Virus record (IMG/VR): IMGVR_UViG_3300027896_005002
Coordinates: 62,001 to 126,000 of that record
Length of the DNA stretch: 64,000 nucleotides
Direction: 5' to 3' (one strand)
The notes under the pieces are model-generated. The model saw only the letters and a program-made list of their open reading frames with translations, was not told where the DNA came from and did not search any database. The position numbers and the translations under genes were made by a program. The first letter of the stretch is position 1; each line of letters starts with the position of its first letter. This document shows, one piece after another, positions 16,545 through 25,762 of this stretch.

Positions 16545-17123
16545 TAATTTTTCCTAAAATATTTCATTGTATGCCATATTATATATAAAAAAGTAAAAAC
16601 TATTACTGGCACAATCATTAATTTAAAAGTAAACAGCATCATCCTCAAGCTTGCAACAAACACACTAGACAATATCATTAAAACAAAAGCTGCAAGAAAT
16701 AATGAACATACAAAAAATAACATTTTTAAAAATATATTAGGTTTTTTCATACTATCCATCCTTTTTTTGTAATGAAAAAATATTCATTCTTAAAATATAT
16801 TTTTCATCAGGTAATGAAGGTTTAAAATTCGTATATAAAGCATTAATATCAATCTCGTGGATTGTATAAATAATAGGCCATATTTTCAATATTAATTTTG
16901 GACACCATCGTTTTTTAAAAGCTTGCCACCAATCTCGAGGATATTTTATTACTTTTTTTGTTACATTTTCTCCCCATAAAAAACCTTGTATACGTAATTC
17001 TAATTCTTTAGCAAAAACCTCTGTAATATCAAATTTTTCAAAACAAAAATATCTAGAAAATACTTTTGTAAATGCTATTTGAATTTTTTGAAGTCGAATT
17101 TCTTCAGAACAAAAATTATTCAT
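16544..17123 (-). CDS. small membrane protein (16544-16759) and hypothetical protein (16752-17123)
   Basis: Overlapping start/stop codons; first ORF has two TM segments. Confidence 0.5.
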
Positions 17124-18031
17124 GAAGTAATATTAGACCTTAATGTAATATATGGTGTAGTCAAAGTTAAAGGATCTGGCATTGTCCAAAGTAGTCTACC
17201 AAGCTCATCGACAGATTGATATGCTGCAGTATTAATAAAATGCCACGTTCGCACATCATCTGCTGGATCATTAGCATTTTGTTCTGACATTGATTGATCT
17301 CTATAAGCCAATCCTATACCTGCACCAGTAGCAACGCTTGGTGTTCCTCTAGCTGTTTCTGCACCTCTATATCCATTTATACCTCTCACAGTCGGTGATG
17401 CAGGAGTTGACATAGCCTCATTCATTTTTTTCCAACCACGTTCTTCCAATTTTGCTATTCGATTATGAATTCTGTCTCTTTGATACATTACATTATCATG
17501 TAACACATAAAATATTTTTTGTTTACAATGATCGATAGCATTAATTTGTGATTCTAACAATTTATCAGAAAATAGAGGATTATTTATATAGGCAAGACCA
17601 CAACAAGAGAGATCAACATTAGACATTATACTTATTAACGCAGATACGGCTTCAGAATCATTTTTAAATTTTTTTCTCGGTCTTATTATTTGAACAATTG
17701 CATTGTTTCGTTTAAAAGTCCACGGTTGATTTATAATTTGTAATCCCAAATACATTGCAGCAATATCAAAATCAGGCCCAGGAAGCTGAACGAATCCACA
17801 AGCAATCAATCTATCATATATTCTTCTTGCTGACCGTGGCAATGCCATTATGTCTACGTCGTGTATCTTAAGATCAGCCAAACTATCCCTGACAGCGCCA
17901 CCAAAAATAGCTGCATCAGTGTCAGACAATAAACCATCAATATCACCATCAAGATAATCTGACATAGCTTTCCGTATCTTAATGACATCTAAATCATAAT
18001 CATTTCGAACTTTAACTACGTCATCATTCAT
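17120..18031 (-). CDS. tRNA nucleotidyltransferase/poly(A) polymerase head-domain protein
   Basis: IFGGAVRD..DVDI signature, VDLSCC, RIAKLEERGW; start MNDDVV overlaps upstream stop. Confidence 0.75.
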   Translation of the reverse strand: MNDDVVKVRNDYDLDVIKIRKAMSDYLDGDIDGLLSDTDAAIFGGAVRDSLADLKIHDVDIMALPRSARRIYDRLIACGFVQLPGPDFDIAAMYLGLQIINQPWTFKRNNAIVQIIRPRKKFKNDSEAVSALISIMSNVDLSCCGLAYINNPLFSDKLLESQINAIDHCKQKIFYVLHDNVMYQRDRIHNRIAKLEERGWKKMNEAMSTPASPTVRGINGYRGAETARGTPSVATGAGIGLAYRDQSMSEQNANDPADDVRTWHFINTAAYQSVDELGRLLWTMPDPLTLTTPYITLRSNITS

Positions 18032-18674
18032 ATTTCTTCCAGACATAAATGACATTCTTCGTCGACTCTAAAGACCTACTAAATAACCACGGAAATCTAT
18101 ACTCTTTATGCGACAAATTCAAAATCTTCTTCTTTGCGTGCACTGTCTCATGACCAACCATTATATATCTATCAACATTCTTTATAACCCATTCTTCATC
18201 TATGCCAAACATGTTACCACCATTATCATGTTCAGCTTCATTATATTTATGAGTAATCCAACATCCAATGACGGTCTTAGGTCTATATTTTTTTATAGCT
18301 GCAATACCATCAAGCTTAATAACATCGTCAGGATATTTAGTTGTCGGCTGACGCATCATCGTGTAATAAGCTTTTATCTCTGGAGTCTCCATGTACCTTG
18401 AATCTGTAGCTGGAACTCCAAGACACCTCGCTAATGCACCATGACCTGCACCAATCTCTATCGTAGTCGTAAGATCTATTTCCTGTTTAAACCAATCCAC
18501 TAATTCAATGGTCGGAAAACAATAAAATCCGTTTTTATGTCCAAATAATGCAAGATGTGTTTGAGGAATTTTGGATAATACAGAAACAGGAACTACTTTC
18601 AACAGATCATTGTCTAACAAAACATGATCTAAATAAGAAACATCTTCATTTACAAGAAAAGCTGCCATAATCAA
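18024..18674 (-). CDS. SAM-dependent methyltransferase-like protein
   Basis: TIEIGAGHGALARCL glycine-rich motif I. Confidence 0.5.
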   Translation of the reverse strand: MIMAAFLVNEDVSYLDHVLLDNDLLKVVPVSVLSKIPQTHLALFGHKNGFYCFPTIELVDWFKQEIDLTTTIEIGAGHGALARCLGVPATDSRYMETPEIKAYYTMMRQPTTKYPDDVIKLDGIAAIKKYRPKTVIGCWITHKYNEAEHDNGGNMFGIDEEWVIKNVDRYIMVGHETVHAKKKILNLSHKEYRFPWLFSRSLESTKNVIYVWKKYE

Positions 18675-18685
18675 CCTTAATTTAA

Positions 18686-18769
18686 TGCTCGAGACCGGAA
18701 TCGAACCGGTATGGAATTGCTTCCGAAGGATTTTAAGTCCTTTGCGTCTACCTGCTTCGCCACTCGAGC
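18686..18769 (-). tRNA. tRNA-Leu(TAA)
   Basis: GCTCGAG/CTCGAGC, AAGGA-CTTAAAA-TCCTT, long variable arm. Confidence 0.93.
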
Positions 18770-19237
18770 TTAACCTTCATTTGTAGATCTACCTGTACCT
18801 TCACAAAAAGTACATTTCTTCCCAGGTCGAAATGGTTCAGGTAAAAGCCAACCACGTCCTTCACATTTTTTACAATTAAAATATAGCTTACGTATATTAA
18901 ACCATTTCATAATAAAAAACTGTATAAAAAGATATCTCCATTGACCAAATTGCCATTTAATTCCCCACGGAAACATTTTGTCATAAAATGATTTAGGTTC
19001 AACGGGTCTTCTAAATTGAGGTAATCCAAATGGAGGTAACATTTATGTGTCCTTTGGAAAAATTATCGGAAATAATAAACAACAAATACAAACCAAAATA
19101 AAAACAAAAAAGACAACAGGCCACAATAAAATGATTTCAACACTATCTTTCGTAGTCTGAGCTTGTAAAATCAATTTATTATGATACAAGAAAAATAGAA
19201 TTAAAACGACTATTAACCAAATGTATAAAATAATCAT
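18770..19237 (-). CDS. small Zn-ribbon protein (18770-19042) and membrane protein (19043-19237)
   Basis: CKKCEGRG..CTFCEGTG (DnaJ-like CxxCxGxG pair); hydrophobic second ORF. Confidence 0.5.
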
Positions 19238-19263
19238 TTAAGGCCTATCATCACATTAAAAAA

Positions 19264-19344
19264 TAGGAGAGGAGGGATTTGAACCCTCATCTGCCACATA
19301 CCGTTACGATTATCCGCCTTATAAGAGCGGCTCGGTACTCTCCT
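19264..19344 (-). tRNA. non-canonical tRNA-Ile(TAT), rearranged D region
   Basis: AGGAGAG/CTCTCCT, 7-nt linker TACCGAG, CCGCT-CTTATAA-GGCGG, ATAATCGTAACGGTA.., T-arm GAGGG-TTCAAAT-CCCTC. Confidence 0.75.
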
Positions 19345-19345
19345 G

Positions 19346-19928
19346 TTATTTTATTGATCCTGGTTTATAAATATCGCCATTTCTATTCAGCACATTAAAC
19401 TGTACAATAGTACTTCTATATGTTTTATATGGACCTTCCATCATCATTGTTTCTTCTCGTTCTTTAATTATTCTTTTCTCTATTGTCGTTAACAAATGAA
19501 TTTTAACAACAATACATGGTAACGGACATATATACAATGAATTATCTTTAACACTCCAAAAAAGTCCGACCCAAAAATCATACCATGCAAAAAATAACTT
19601 ACACTTAATTATCGGTCTATCAATAAAAAGATGATATTTAACAATCAACAAAAAAGTCTTCCATTTCAACTTAATTATCGTCAATCTCTTTAACAAATTT
19701 AAGATATCCTTTTAAAAACTTTTTAACTGATCTACCCTTTTCATCAAAAACTTCAACACCATAATTATCTTGCTGCTGATTAAAACGAATCTTTGTCATT
19801 CGACAAAAATATTTATTTCCTTGTTTATCCTCAACTATAGAAGTCTTTTTTGCTGCTGCAGATGCTGCCCCTCTGGTGCATTGTATTGAGGTCACACCAT
19901 CTTTTTCACTAATTATTGCTTCTCCCAT
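19346..19928 (-). CDS. two hypothetical proteins (19346-19696, 19671-19928)
   Basis: Co-oriented overlapping ORFs. Confidence 0.5.
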
Positions 19929-20128
19929 TAAATTTCTACTCCTATTGGTTCTTTGTTTTTCTGCAATCGTTGCATTTTTACAACACTATCTTCAGATAAA
20001 TTTAATTTACTGATTACGTCTTTAGCTTTACGACGAGCATCAACATCATCAGTTTCTGAAAATGGTATTATAATCTTTAATTGATAGTCCATAAGTTTTT
20101 CCAAGAAAAGAGGACAACCTTGTCATTT

Positions 20129-20641
20129 TTAATTTAATGTTTTTCGATCTTCGTAACAATGTTGAATAATACATGCTGACTTATCTAACAATGACTGAAT
20201 CTGCTTAGAAACATCCTTCAATTGCTTATAATAATCCATCACTTCTTTAAATTCAGGATTACTATCTAATTGTAAAACAACTGCAGAATTTAAATCTTTC
20301 TCAGTCAATGCAATTATAGTCTTACTCGGAACATTTTTACAAACAAAAATATTTGCTCCCCATATCATTCCCATCAATCCTTTAAGCAAATTCTCTCTCT
20401 TAGTCTCCGGTTCAATAACATCCCTACCAAACTTTCTAAAATCCGAATAAACTACTGCATTAGTGATCAAACAATCAACTCTTGTATCTTCTTCTCTTTC
20501 AAGCGCAGCAAACAAATCAGCTAGAACATCAGGAACAACATGATCAAAAGCAGTCTTAACATAACCTTTTACATTCACAAATTGTAAAAACTTATCCCAA
20601 GACTCGGTTACTTTTGAATAATAAAAAAATACATCATCCAT
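20129..20641 (-). CDS. stand-alone fragment resembling a large-phage major capsid protein
   Basis: ITNAVVYSDFRKFGRDVIEPETKRENLLKGLMGMIWGANIFVCKNVP recalls the A-domain segment of HK97-fold capsid proteins (from memory). Confidence 0.5.
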   Translation of the reverse strand: MDDVFFYYSKVTESWDKFLQFVNVKGYVKTAFDHVVPDVLADLFAALEREEDTRVDCLITNAVVYSDFRKFGRDVIEPETKRENLLKGLMGMIWGANIFVCKNVPSKTIIALTEKDLNSAVVLQLDSNPEFKEVMDYYKQLKDVSKQIQSLLDKSACIIQHCYEDRKTLN

Positions 20642-20722
20642 AATTATTCTTTCCAGACAAAATTATCCTCCTTTCCTAAAGATAATATATGTCATTAAAA
20701 GAATAAATTTATGGTATGGAAT

Positions 20723-21076
20723 TCAAACTTCTATAATTATGTTATTCCATGCACCCGGACAAATCGTAGCTGTCGGCAGCAAACTTGCCATATTCTGAGC
20801 ACCAACAGAATTAAAACTATGTATTATTATATTCTTAGGCTGTCGTCCTGGGTGCGCCTCAAGCCATTGCGCTACCTCATAACCAGTATCTTTCCCAGAT
20901 TTAACATATGTCTGACCGCCCAAGTCGTGATCAAGAAATAGATATTGCCAAGTGCTCTCAATCAAATGTTGTATTGTACTTTTAACTGTTGAAGTTTGTA
21001 CAACTTCATGCCCAATTAATTTTTGTCGAAAAATCTTTTGTCTATCATCATCATCATCTAAAATTAATATTCTCAT
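20723..21076 (-). CDS. receiver-like protein (cyclic-phosphate-processing REC type)
   Basis: ILILDDD, LFLDHDLG, TGYEVAQWL, IIIHSFNSVGAQNM. Confidence 0.75.
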   Translation of the reverse strand: MRILILDDDDDRQKIFRQKLIGHEVVQTSTVKSTIQHLIESTWQYLFLDHDLGGQTYVKSGKDTGYEVAQWLEAHPGRQPKNIIIHSFNSVGAQNMASLLPTATICPGAWNNIIIEV

Positions 21077-21078
21077 TT

Positions 21079-21930
21079 TTATTTCTCAAATTTATAATAA
21101 AAAAACCAACCATTAGCGGATTTTCGTGTACCTTTTAATACTGTTATAATATTTGATGGATAAGTATTTAATTGCTTAGCTGCTTGTTTTTTGTTCGAAA
21201 ATTCTAATTTTTGACCATTTTTTACAGCAAAAAATATTTTTCTCTTAAGTTGTTCAACAAAATCATCATACATTTTTTTAGTTATATACTTAAAAGAAAA
21301 TATCCAATTATTTTTAGATTTAACTTTTCCATGCAAAATACAACTAATAAACCTTTGACTAACCTTAGTATAAATAGATGCTTCGTATTGTGTTTTAAAT
21401 TTCTTTAATTCATTAACATTTCTTGCATAAAAAGCTTTTCCACCATGACACTTACTATGCTTAATTCTTTCTTCAATTTTATTAAACCTTTTATTCTGAG
21501 ATTTACCCTGTTTTTTTCTGGCTTTATCTGACTTAAAATAATTTATTAAACCCAAACTTAAATTTTTTCGTGCTTCTAAATTAAACTTTCCATTACTTCC
21601 GCCTTCTTTTAAATTATATCCAAAAGTTTTATTAGTACTATTAAACTTTTTAATATATTCTTTTTCTTTTTTATCAAGTTCTAATTGTGTATTGCATTTA
21701 CATAATATGTCCCAAGTAAATTTATCAAAACCATATTTCATTAAAGCATTATGAAAATATGATTGATTTTTTGGCTTTTTTATTAAACTTTTCAAACAAA
21801 CTCGATGATGAGCTTTAATTCTACCTTGTAATGATCGCCATGTTTGACCAATATACACTTTATTTGTTAAAATATTTGTAGCTTTATAAATGATACTTTG
21901 TTCATACAAGTATTCATCTAAAATATTCAT
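21079..21930 (-). CDS. GIY-YIG homing endonuclease with NUMOD-type repeats
   Basis: IIYKATN..NKVYIGQT..R; FHNALMKYG; GYNLKEGG; EASI..V / QAAKQL repeats. Confidence 0.88.
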   Translation of the reverse strand: MNILDEYLYEQSIIYKATNILTNKVYIGQTWRSLQGRIKAHHRVCLKSLIKKPKNQSYFHNALMKYGFDKFTWDILCKCNTQLELDKKEKEYIKKFNSTNKTFGYNLKEGGSNGKFNLEARKNLSLGLINYFKSDKARKKQGKSQNKRFNKIEERIKHSKCHGGKAFYARNVNELKKFKTQYEASIYTKVSQRFISCILHGKVKSKNNWIFSFKYITKKMYDDFVEQLKRKIFFAVKNGQKLEFSNKKQAAKQLNTYPSNIITVLKGTRKSANGWFFYYKFEK

Positions 21931-22982
21931 TTACCTGTCTTATCTAAGTATACTGGATCTCGTTGCTTTAAAAATAACCGGCCAAAACCAACAATATATT
22001 TCTCTATCATCGGCTTTATCACTATGCCCTCTCTCAACCTATCGATTAATACACTCTTTCCATTTGAAGCAACTTGGACTGATCGGCCATCTAACCAATC
22101 TTTAAAGATCACATTACTCGCTATAATTGGTACAAATCTCTCTCTCAAACCAATCTTATCCAAGAGAACATCAATCTCTCCAAAATCAATAGCTTTACTA
22201 TTGACTTCAATATCAAAAATCTTTATCGTATGCTTTTTCAAATTATAATAATTACCCTGTACTTTAGGCCCGATTATCTCACCCCGAATCGTAATCGCAC
22301 AATTCGGAAAATAATTGACCTTCAAATTACTCACTGCGTCTATCAAACCATCATTACGAGCGACCTGCCAAAAAGTATGCTCCTCATGATCAGGCAAATT
22401 TATGATAGCATGACCGTGCGTGCACACGCTCATCTTATCATCTACATCAATGAAGACAGCAGCATTAGTGCCTTCTATTTTCTCAGATATGAACACCCTC
22501 TCATTCATCAATTGCTCAACGATATCAGGATGTCTATCGCAGCCTTCAATATCATAATTATAAACCATCTCCGGTCGCTGTACCAAATTACCAGTGCTCG
22601 TCATAACTTCTGGTGCTTCATACTTTGTCACACTCAAAGCAGCTGTTAGATCTACCGGTAAAACGTCCACCTTAAGATAAGCCTTAACACTAGACGCAGA
22701 TGTGACATATCCTTGAGAAATTTCATTTCTTAATTTACAAGTTTTAATTCTATTTTTATCTTTACCTGATAAAAAATTCTGAATATTTTGTTGTAATATA
22801 AATTCCTGAGGCAGTATAGAATCTATTGGAAAATAAACTACACTATCTCCAACTTTATATAAATCTTTTTGGACAACAAATTGATATGTCATCCCTTCAA
22901 CTTGACCAAGTTCCAATTTATCAGCATTTGGATGCGGATAAATTTTAGATATTTTTTTTACTTCCACAGCAAAAGTACTCAT
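21927..22982 (-). CDS. RNA ligase, DRB0094/Rnl2-type with N-terminal OB-like domain
   Basis: HPNADKLEL, YFPIDSILP, EKIEGTN (KxxG), GEIIG..QGN, FDI, REGIV. Confidence 0.9.
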   Translation of the reverse strand: MSTFAVEVKKISKIYPHPNADKLELGQVEGMTYQFVVQKDLYKVGDSVVYFPIDSILPQEFILQQNIQNFLSGKDKNRIKTCKLRNEISQGYVTSASSVKAYLKVDVLPVDLTAALSVTKYEAPEVMTSTGNLVQRPEMVYNYDIEGCDRHPDIVEQLMNERVFISEKIEGTNAAVFIDVDDKMSVCTHGHAIINLPDHEEHTFWQVARNDGLIDAVSNLKVNYFPNCAITIRGEIIGPKVQGNYYNLKKHTIKIFDIEVNSKAIDFGEIDVLLDKIGLRERFVPIIASNVIFKDWLDGRSVQVASNGKSVLIDRLREGIVIKPMIEKYIVGFGRLFLKQRDPVYLDKTGK

Positions 22983-23012
22983 TTTAATCCCTTCCCTAAT
23001 GTCATTAACTAA

Positions 23013-24518
23013 TCATAGTTGTGTAACAAGTTGTTTAGAAATAATTTTTTTAATCATACGTCTAGTAATTTTATATTTTTTAATTAATACTCCAATCTTA
23101 AAACCATTTTGATAATCATTAATTATATCATTGATTCTGAATGAAACATTTCTATCACACCATCTCTTTTTAATAAAATATCCACTATTTTTTATACTAA
23201 TATTATTATCTAAAAACAATTGTTTAACCTTTTTATTCAACACATTATATTTTCTACAAATTTTACTTAATGAATTATTATTTTTATAATCATCAATTAT
23301 TTGTTTTGCAAGATCACTTGTTATTATAGTTTTTATTTTGTAAAATCGTTTTATAGTATACTTTGTATTGTACTTAATAAATCTTTTTACTTGTGTTTGT
23401 GATACATTCCATAATTTTGCAAGTATAGCAAATGTTCCACGTTTATTAATATCAACTTTTTCAAGATCATTTAATCTATTTTGACGTAATTCATTTCTTA
23501 TTTTTATAATTTTACTTATTTTTTCATTTTTTCTTTTAGTAATCTCTGCTAGATTATTAAGCGCTACCAACTGTTTATCAGTATATTGTGAAATTAAAAC
23601 ATCTCTTTTTTCAGATGATTTAAGAATAGATTTTATTTCTTGAAACTTATCTTTTGAATTATAACAAATTGCTCGCCAACAAATTCTAAATACCGTAATA
23701 TTATTTAATTTAAGCAATGCATCTTTCTTTTTATCAATTTCCTGACGTCGCTTATATCTATAATGTTGTTGACCGTCAATTTCAATAGCTAATGATAATT
23801 TAGGAAAGAAAAAATCTACTCTATAAACAGAAAAAGGAAATTCAGTATAAAAATCATCATTAAGTTTATATCCTTCATTAATTAAAAATTTAAAAAAAGT
23901 TTTCTCAGCATATGACTGATTGTCTTGTTTATACCAAGAATTAGCTCTATTTTCAGCATGCATTATTTTACATTTTTCAGACCACTTTTTTCTTGATTCA
24001 TCTGACCACTTAAAAGTATATTTTTTATGAGCTAATTTCGATGCATCTGCGACAGATCGTCTATAACATTTTAATGCAAAATGTATGAGACCTGTATCAA
24101 AACCTTGATTATGTAATTCACGCGATGATAATCCAGAATCATATAGATTACGAATTTTTATAACATCATTATCTTCATAACATTTATGTCGTTTATAATT
24201 ACCACTATTAAATGATCTATTACATTTTTTACAAATAATTTTTTTATCACTAAAACTATTTATTGCTTTTTTCCTATATATTTTAGTATGTGCAATTTTT
24301 AATGTATCACTAGCAGTTCTTTTCAAATCTTTTATACATCTATTTATTTGATTTCGTGTATAACCTATTTGAATTATATCTTTTATTAATAATCCAGAAT
24401 TATACAAATCTCTAATTTTCTGTCTATCGTTCTCAGATATCTTACAATATTTCTTATGTGAAAAAAAACTTCCAGGATTCGTAAAAAAATTACCGCAATT
24501 CTCGCAACATAATTTCAT
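23013..24518 (-). CDS. double Zn-finger + DUF559-type putative homing endonuclease + HTHs
   Basis: Two CxxC..H..C/LY.SG repeats; SYAE..YRVDF..AIEIDGQQHY..D; paralog of 10393-11436. Confidence 0.78.
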   Translation of the reverse strand: MKLCCENCGNFFTNPGSFFSHKKYCKISENDRQKIRDLYNSGLLIKDIIQIGYTRNQINRCIKDLKRTASDTLKIAHTKIYRKKAINSFSDKKIICKKCNRSFNSGNYKRHKCYEDNDVIKIRNLYDSGLSSRELHNQGFDTGLIHFALKCYRRSVADASKLAHKKYTFKWSDESRKKWSEKCKIMHAENRANSWYKQDNQSYAEKTFFKFLINEGYKLNDDFYTEFPFSVYRVDFFFPKLSLAIEIDGQQHYRYKRRQEIDKKKDALLKLNNITVFRICWRAICYNSKDKFQEIKSILKSSEKRDVLISQYTDKQLVALNNLAEITKRKNEKISKIIKIRNELRQNRLNDLEKVDINKRGTFAILAKLWNVSQTQVKRFIKYNTKYTIKRFYKIKTIITSDLAKQIIDDYKNNNSLSKICRKYNVLNKKVKQLFLDNNISIKNSGYFIKKRWCDRNVSFRINDIINDYQNGFKIGVLIKKYKITRRMIKKIISKQLVTQL

Positions 24519-24701
24519 TATATTCTCCTTTTAGAATATAATAAATTATAAACAAAGAATTAATTCCAATTACATTACAACCGCTATTCAAATGTAATAA
24601 GCAGACGGACAATATTAACAATTAAATAGTGATGTAAAAAAGTAATTAACCATAGGTCAAAAATTACTAATATATTTAGTTAAATCTTCAAAACTATAAA
24701 A

Positions 24702-24789
24702 TGGGCCGGGAAGGATTTGAACCTCCAGTGTTTAGCACATATGGCACTTGATCTACAGTCAAGCGGTTTCACCATTCACCCACCGACCC
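24702..24789 (-). tRNA. tRNA-Tyr(GTA)
   Basis: GGGTCGG/CCGGCCC, CTTGA-CTGTAGA-TCAAG, long variable region. Confidence 0.9.
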
Positions 24790-24794
24790 TTAAT

Positions 24795-25055
24795 TCATTT
24801 TCTTATTACTTTCCATACCGGTGTTGGCTCATAACTTACCAGCTCACCATTACGCCAATAATATCGTGGATGAGGATCATAGAGAAATTTAAAATCGCAA
24901 ATGTTATAAGGATCATTGAATTTTCGATAAGCATTCCCATTCGGGACATCTTCAATTCTCCGAATAACTTTCGAATAATTTTTCTTCCAAAATTTTCTTT
25001 TACCAGCATTCTTATAACCATCTGTGAACCACGGCGCGCGATACGATCTGGACAT
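24795..25055 (-). CDS. small basic hypothetical protein
   Basis: MSRSYR..YRKFNDPYNICDFKF; SD AGGAG. Confidence 0.55.
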   Translation of the reverse strand: MSRSYRAPWFTDGYKNAGKRKFWKKNYSKVIRRIEDVPNGNAYRKFNDPYNICDFKFLYDPHPRYYWRNGELVSYEPTPVWKVIRK

Positions 25056-25117
25056 ACATTGCTCCTTGTAAAGGTGTTACAACATATGTTCCTCCTTTGT
25101 TAATTATTTAATGTCTT

Positions 25118-25194
25118 TGGTGTGGGTGGTCGGACTTGAACCGGCAGCGTCTGACTTGGAAGGACAGCATTCTAGCCAATTGAATTACACCCAC
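25118..25194 (-). tRNA. tRNA-Gly(TCC)
   Basis: GTGGGTG/CACCCAC, loop CTTCCAA, CCA; A73 rather than the usual bacterial U73. Confidence 0.85.
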
Positions 25195-25215
25195 GAATTT
25201 ATCATCAATTTATAT

Positions 25216-25290
25216 TGGTAGCCCATAGCGGAATCGGACCGCTGAATCCTCATAGAAAGTGAGGTGTCTTAACCACTTGACGAATGGGCC
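25216..25290 (-). tRNA. tRNA-Glu(TTC)
   Basis: GGCCCAT/ATGGGCT, CCTCA-CTTTCTA-TGAGG, T-loop TCCGATT, CCA. Confidence 0.88.
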
Positions 25291-25298
25291 GTGATAAT

Positions 25299-25377
25299 CA
25301 GGAGCGAAGAGACTCGAACTCTCATTTTCAACCAAATTACAAGTATATGGTTTTGGAGACCACACTGTTACGCTCCT
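25299..25377 (-). tRNA. non-canonical tRNA-Trp(CCA), rearranged D region
   Basis: AGGAGCG/CGCTCCT-G, 7-nt linker, GTGGT-CTCCAAA-ACCAT, ATACTTGTAATTTGGTTGAAAAT, T-arm GAGAG-TTCGAGT-CTCTT. Confidence 0.72.
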
Positions 25378-25385
25378 ACAAAATT

Positions 25386-25459
25386 TAGCGGGCAAGAGAA
25401 TCGAACTCTCATTCGTGTGGTTATGAGCCACATCGAGGCACCACGCCTCGCCACCCGCG
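25386..25459 (-). tRNA. initiator-like tRNA-Met(CAT) with 6-bp D-stem
   Basis: CGCGGG start with unpaired 1-72, CGAGGC-GTGGT-GCCTCG, TGTGG-CTCATAA-CCACA. Confidence 0.8.
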
Positions 25460-25465
25460 ATAAAT

Positions 25466-25675
25466 TTATATAGTAGATCCATATGCTAAAACATCCATAA
25501 ATTTCTGTCTGACTGCAATTTCAAAATCAGTCATTAACTGCTTATTTTCGTAAAAACATATTCGCAAACATGTTTTGATATTTTCTGGACAATCTGAAAA
25601 ATATTCATGCACAAATTCATCAACTGTCAACGGTTCTGATATTTTATCAATTATTGTTTCAACAAATTTGTCCAT
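25466..25675 (-). CDS. hypothetical protein
   Basis: 69-aa ORF with SD AGGAG. Confidence 0.5.
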   Translation of the reverse strand: MDKFVETIIDKISEPLTVDEFVHEYFSDCPENIKTCLRICFYENKQLMTDFEIAVRQKFMDVLAYGSTI

Positions 25676-25762
25676 TTAAAACAACTCCTAACTTCCTGAA
25701 AATAAACTTGAATCATAATACTCTTAACTCTTCTACAATAATCTAATTGACTATTTAACTAT

